This document shows, one piece after another, positions 31,457-32,000 of a stretch of DNA of 32,000 nt; within the stretch, counting starts at the first letter, position 1, and each line of letters starts with the position of its first letter. The translations under genes were made by a program, and so were the position numbers. Origin of the DNA: Alkalilimnicola ehrlichii MLHE-1 (GTDB lineage: Bacteria; Pseudomonadota; Gammaproteobacteria; Nitrococcales; Halorhodospiraceae); the NCBI RefSeq assembly GCF_000014785.1, contig NC_008340.1:1530001-1562000 (forward strand), read 5' to 3'. The notes beneath the pieces are model-generated. The model worked only from the letters and a program-made list of their open reading frames with translations. It did not search any database and was not told where the DNA came from.

Positions 31457-31484
31457 TTGACACACCTTCAGAGGGCTGTAAAAT
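31457..31484 (+). promoter_or_regulatory. sigma-70-type promoter for the tRNA cluster
   Basis: TTGACA (31457-31462), 16-nt spacer, TAAAAT (31479-31484), 16 nt before tRNA-Gly position 1. Confidence 0.8.
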
Positions 31485-31500
31485 ACGCACCCACAACGCA

Positions 31501-31576
<76 letters not shown>

Positions 31577-31583
31577 AACAGCC

Positions 31584-31610
31584 AGAAGCCCCGGCCAGTC
31601 CGGGGCTTCT
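31584..31610 (+). terminator. perfect hairpin between tRNA-Gly and tRNA-Cys
   Basis: AGAAGCCCCGG-ccagt-CCGGGGCTTCT, 11-bp perfect stem with a 5-nt loop, followed by ctcgtt (weak U-tract). Confidence 0.55.
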
Positions 31611-31704
31611 CTCGTTACGGCCGGGGTGGAGGGCCTCTCGCTCGGCCTCCGGGCCAGGTCGGGCCTCGCAATTTTGCGCCCAGGCTGTTAAGATCTCGCG
31701 CGAT

Positions 31705-31778
31705 GGCTAGGTGGCAGAGTGGTGATGCAGCGGCCTGCAAAGCCGTGTACCTCGGTTCGATTCCGGGCCTAGCCTCCA
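31705..31778 (+). tRNA. tRNA-Cys(GCA)
   Basis: GGCTAGG...CCTAGCC acceptor pairing, anticodon loop CTGCAAA, T-loop GTTCGATTC, encoded TCCA. Confidence 0.96.
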
Positions 31779-31829
31779 TCTCCCACGCCCCGGCTGCCCC
31801 GGCAGGGGCGACTCCCGCAGGACCATCCC

Positions 31830-31915
31830 GCCCGGATGGCGGAATTGGTAGACGCAGGGGACTTAAAATCCCCCGGCTTTAAGCCGTGCCGGTTCAAGTC
31901 CGGCTCCGGGCACCA
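31830..31915 (+). tRNA. tRNA-Leu(TAA)
   Basis: GCCCGGA...TCCGGGC acceptor pairing, loop CTTAAAA (anticodon TAA), long variable arm, T-loop GTTCAAGTC, encoded ACCA. 86 nt. Confidence 0.97.
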
Positions 31916-32000
31916 GCCACGCCCTTTCCCCGCACCGTCCACCCCTGCGTGCAACCGCTGCCCCGACCGGGGTCAACCGCGGTACCCGCTCATCCATCAT

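Noticed and set aside
31779-31829. Hairpin-like GC repeats between tRNA-Cys and tRNA-Leu
   Set aside because: Only a 4-5 bp interrupted stem (ctgc-cccg-gcag) in very GC-rich DNA. Not distinguishable from background.

Overview
The window looks like an ordinary, densely packed housekeeping chromosome segment from a high-GC gammaproteobacterium. The gene order resembles Ectothiorhodospiraceae such as Alkalilimnicola, but that is inference from recall and was not checked. In order it contains: the 3' part of a hypoxanthine phosphoribosyltransferase gene, an S-methyl-5'-thioinosine phosphorylase, ygfZ (minus), an untracked 59-aa DUF1674/SDHAF4-like ORF, sdhCDAB-sdhE-ygfX, nadB (minus), rpoE-rseABC-degP/mucD, lepA-lepB-DUF4845-rnc-era-recO-pdxJ-acpS, cysM, a PolB-like 3'-5' exonuclease, rlmD, a Nudix hydrolase, a short secretin-N-like protein plus a small unknown and purB (all minus), fumC, a RibD-C-like reductase (minus), a UdgB-like uracil-DNA glycosylase, uvrC, pgsA, and a tRNA-Gly/Cys/Leu cluster. 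I found no CRISPR array, mobile element, phage, toxin/defence island or clearly novel system. The best second-look items are the missed SDHAF4-like small ORF, a perfect intrinsic-terminator-like hairpin inside the 5' coding region of ygfX, a sigma-E-like autoregulatory promoter before rpoE, and the two-gene unit of unknown function downstream of purB.
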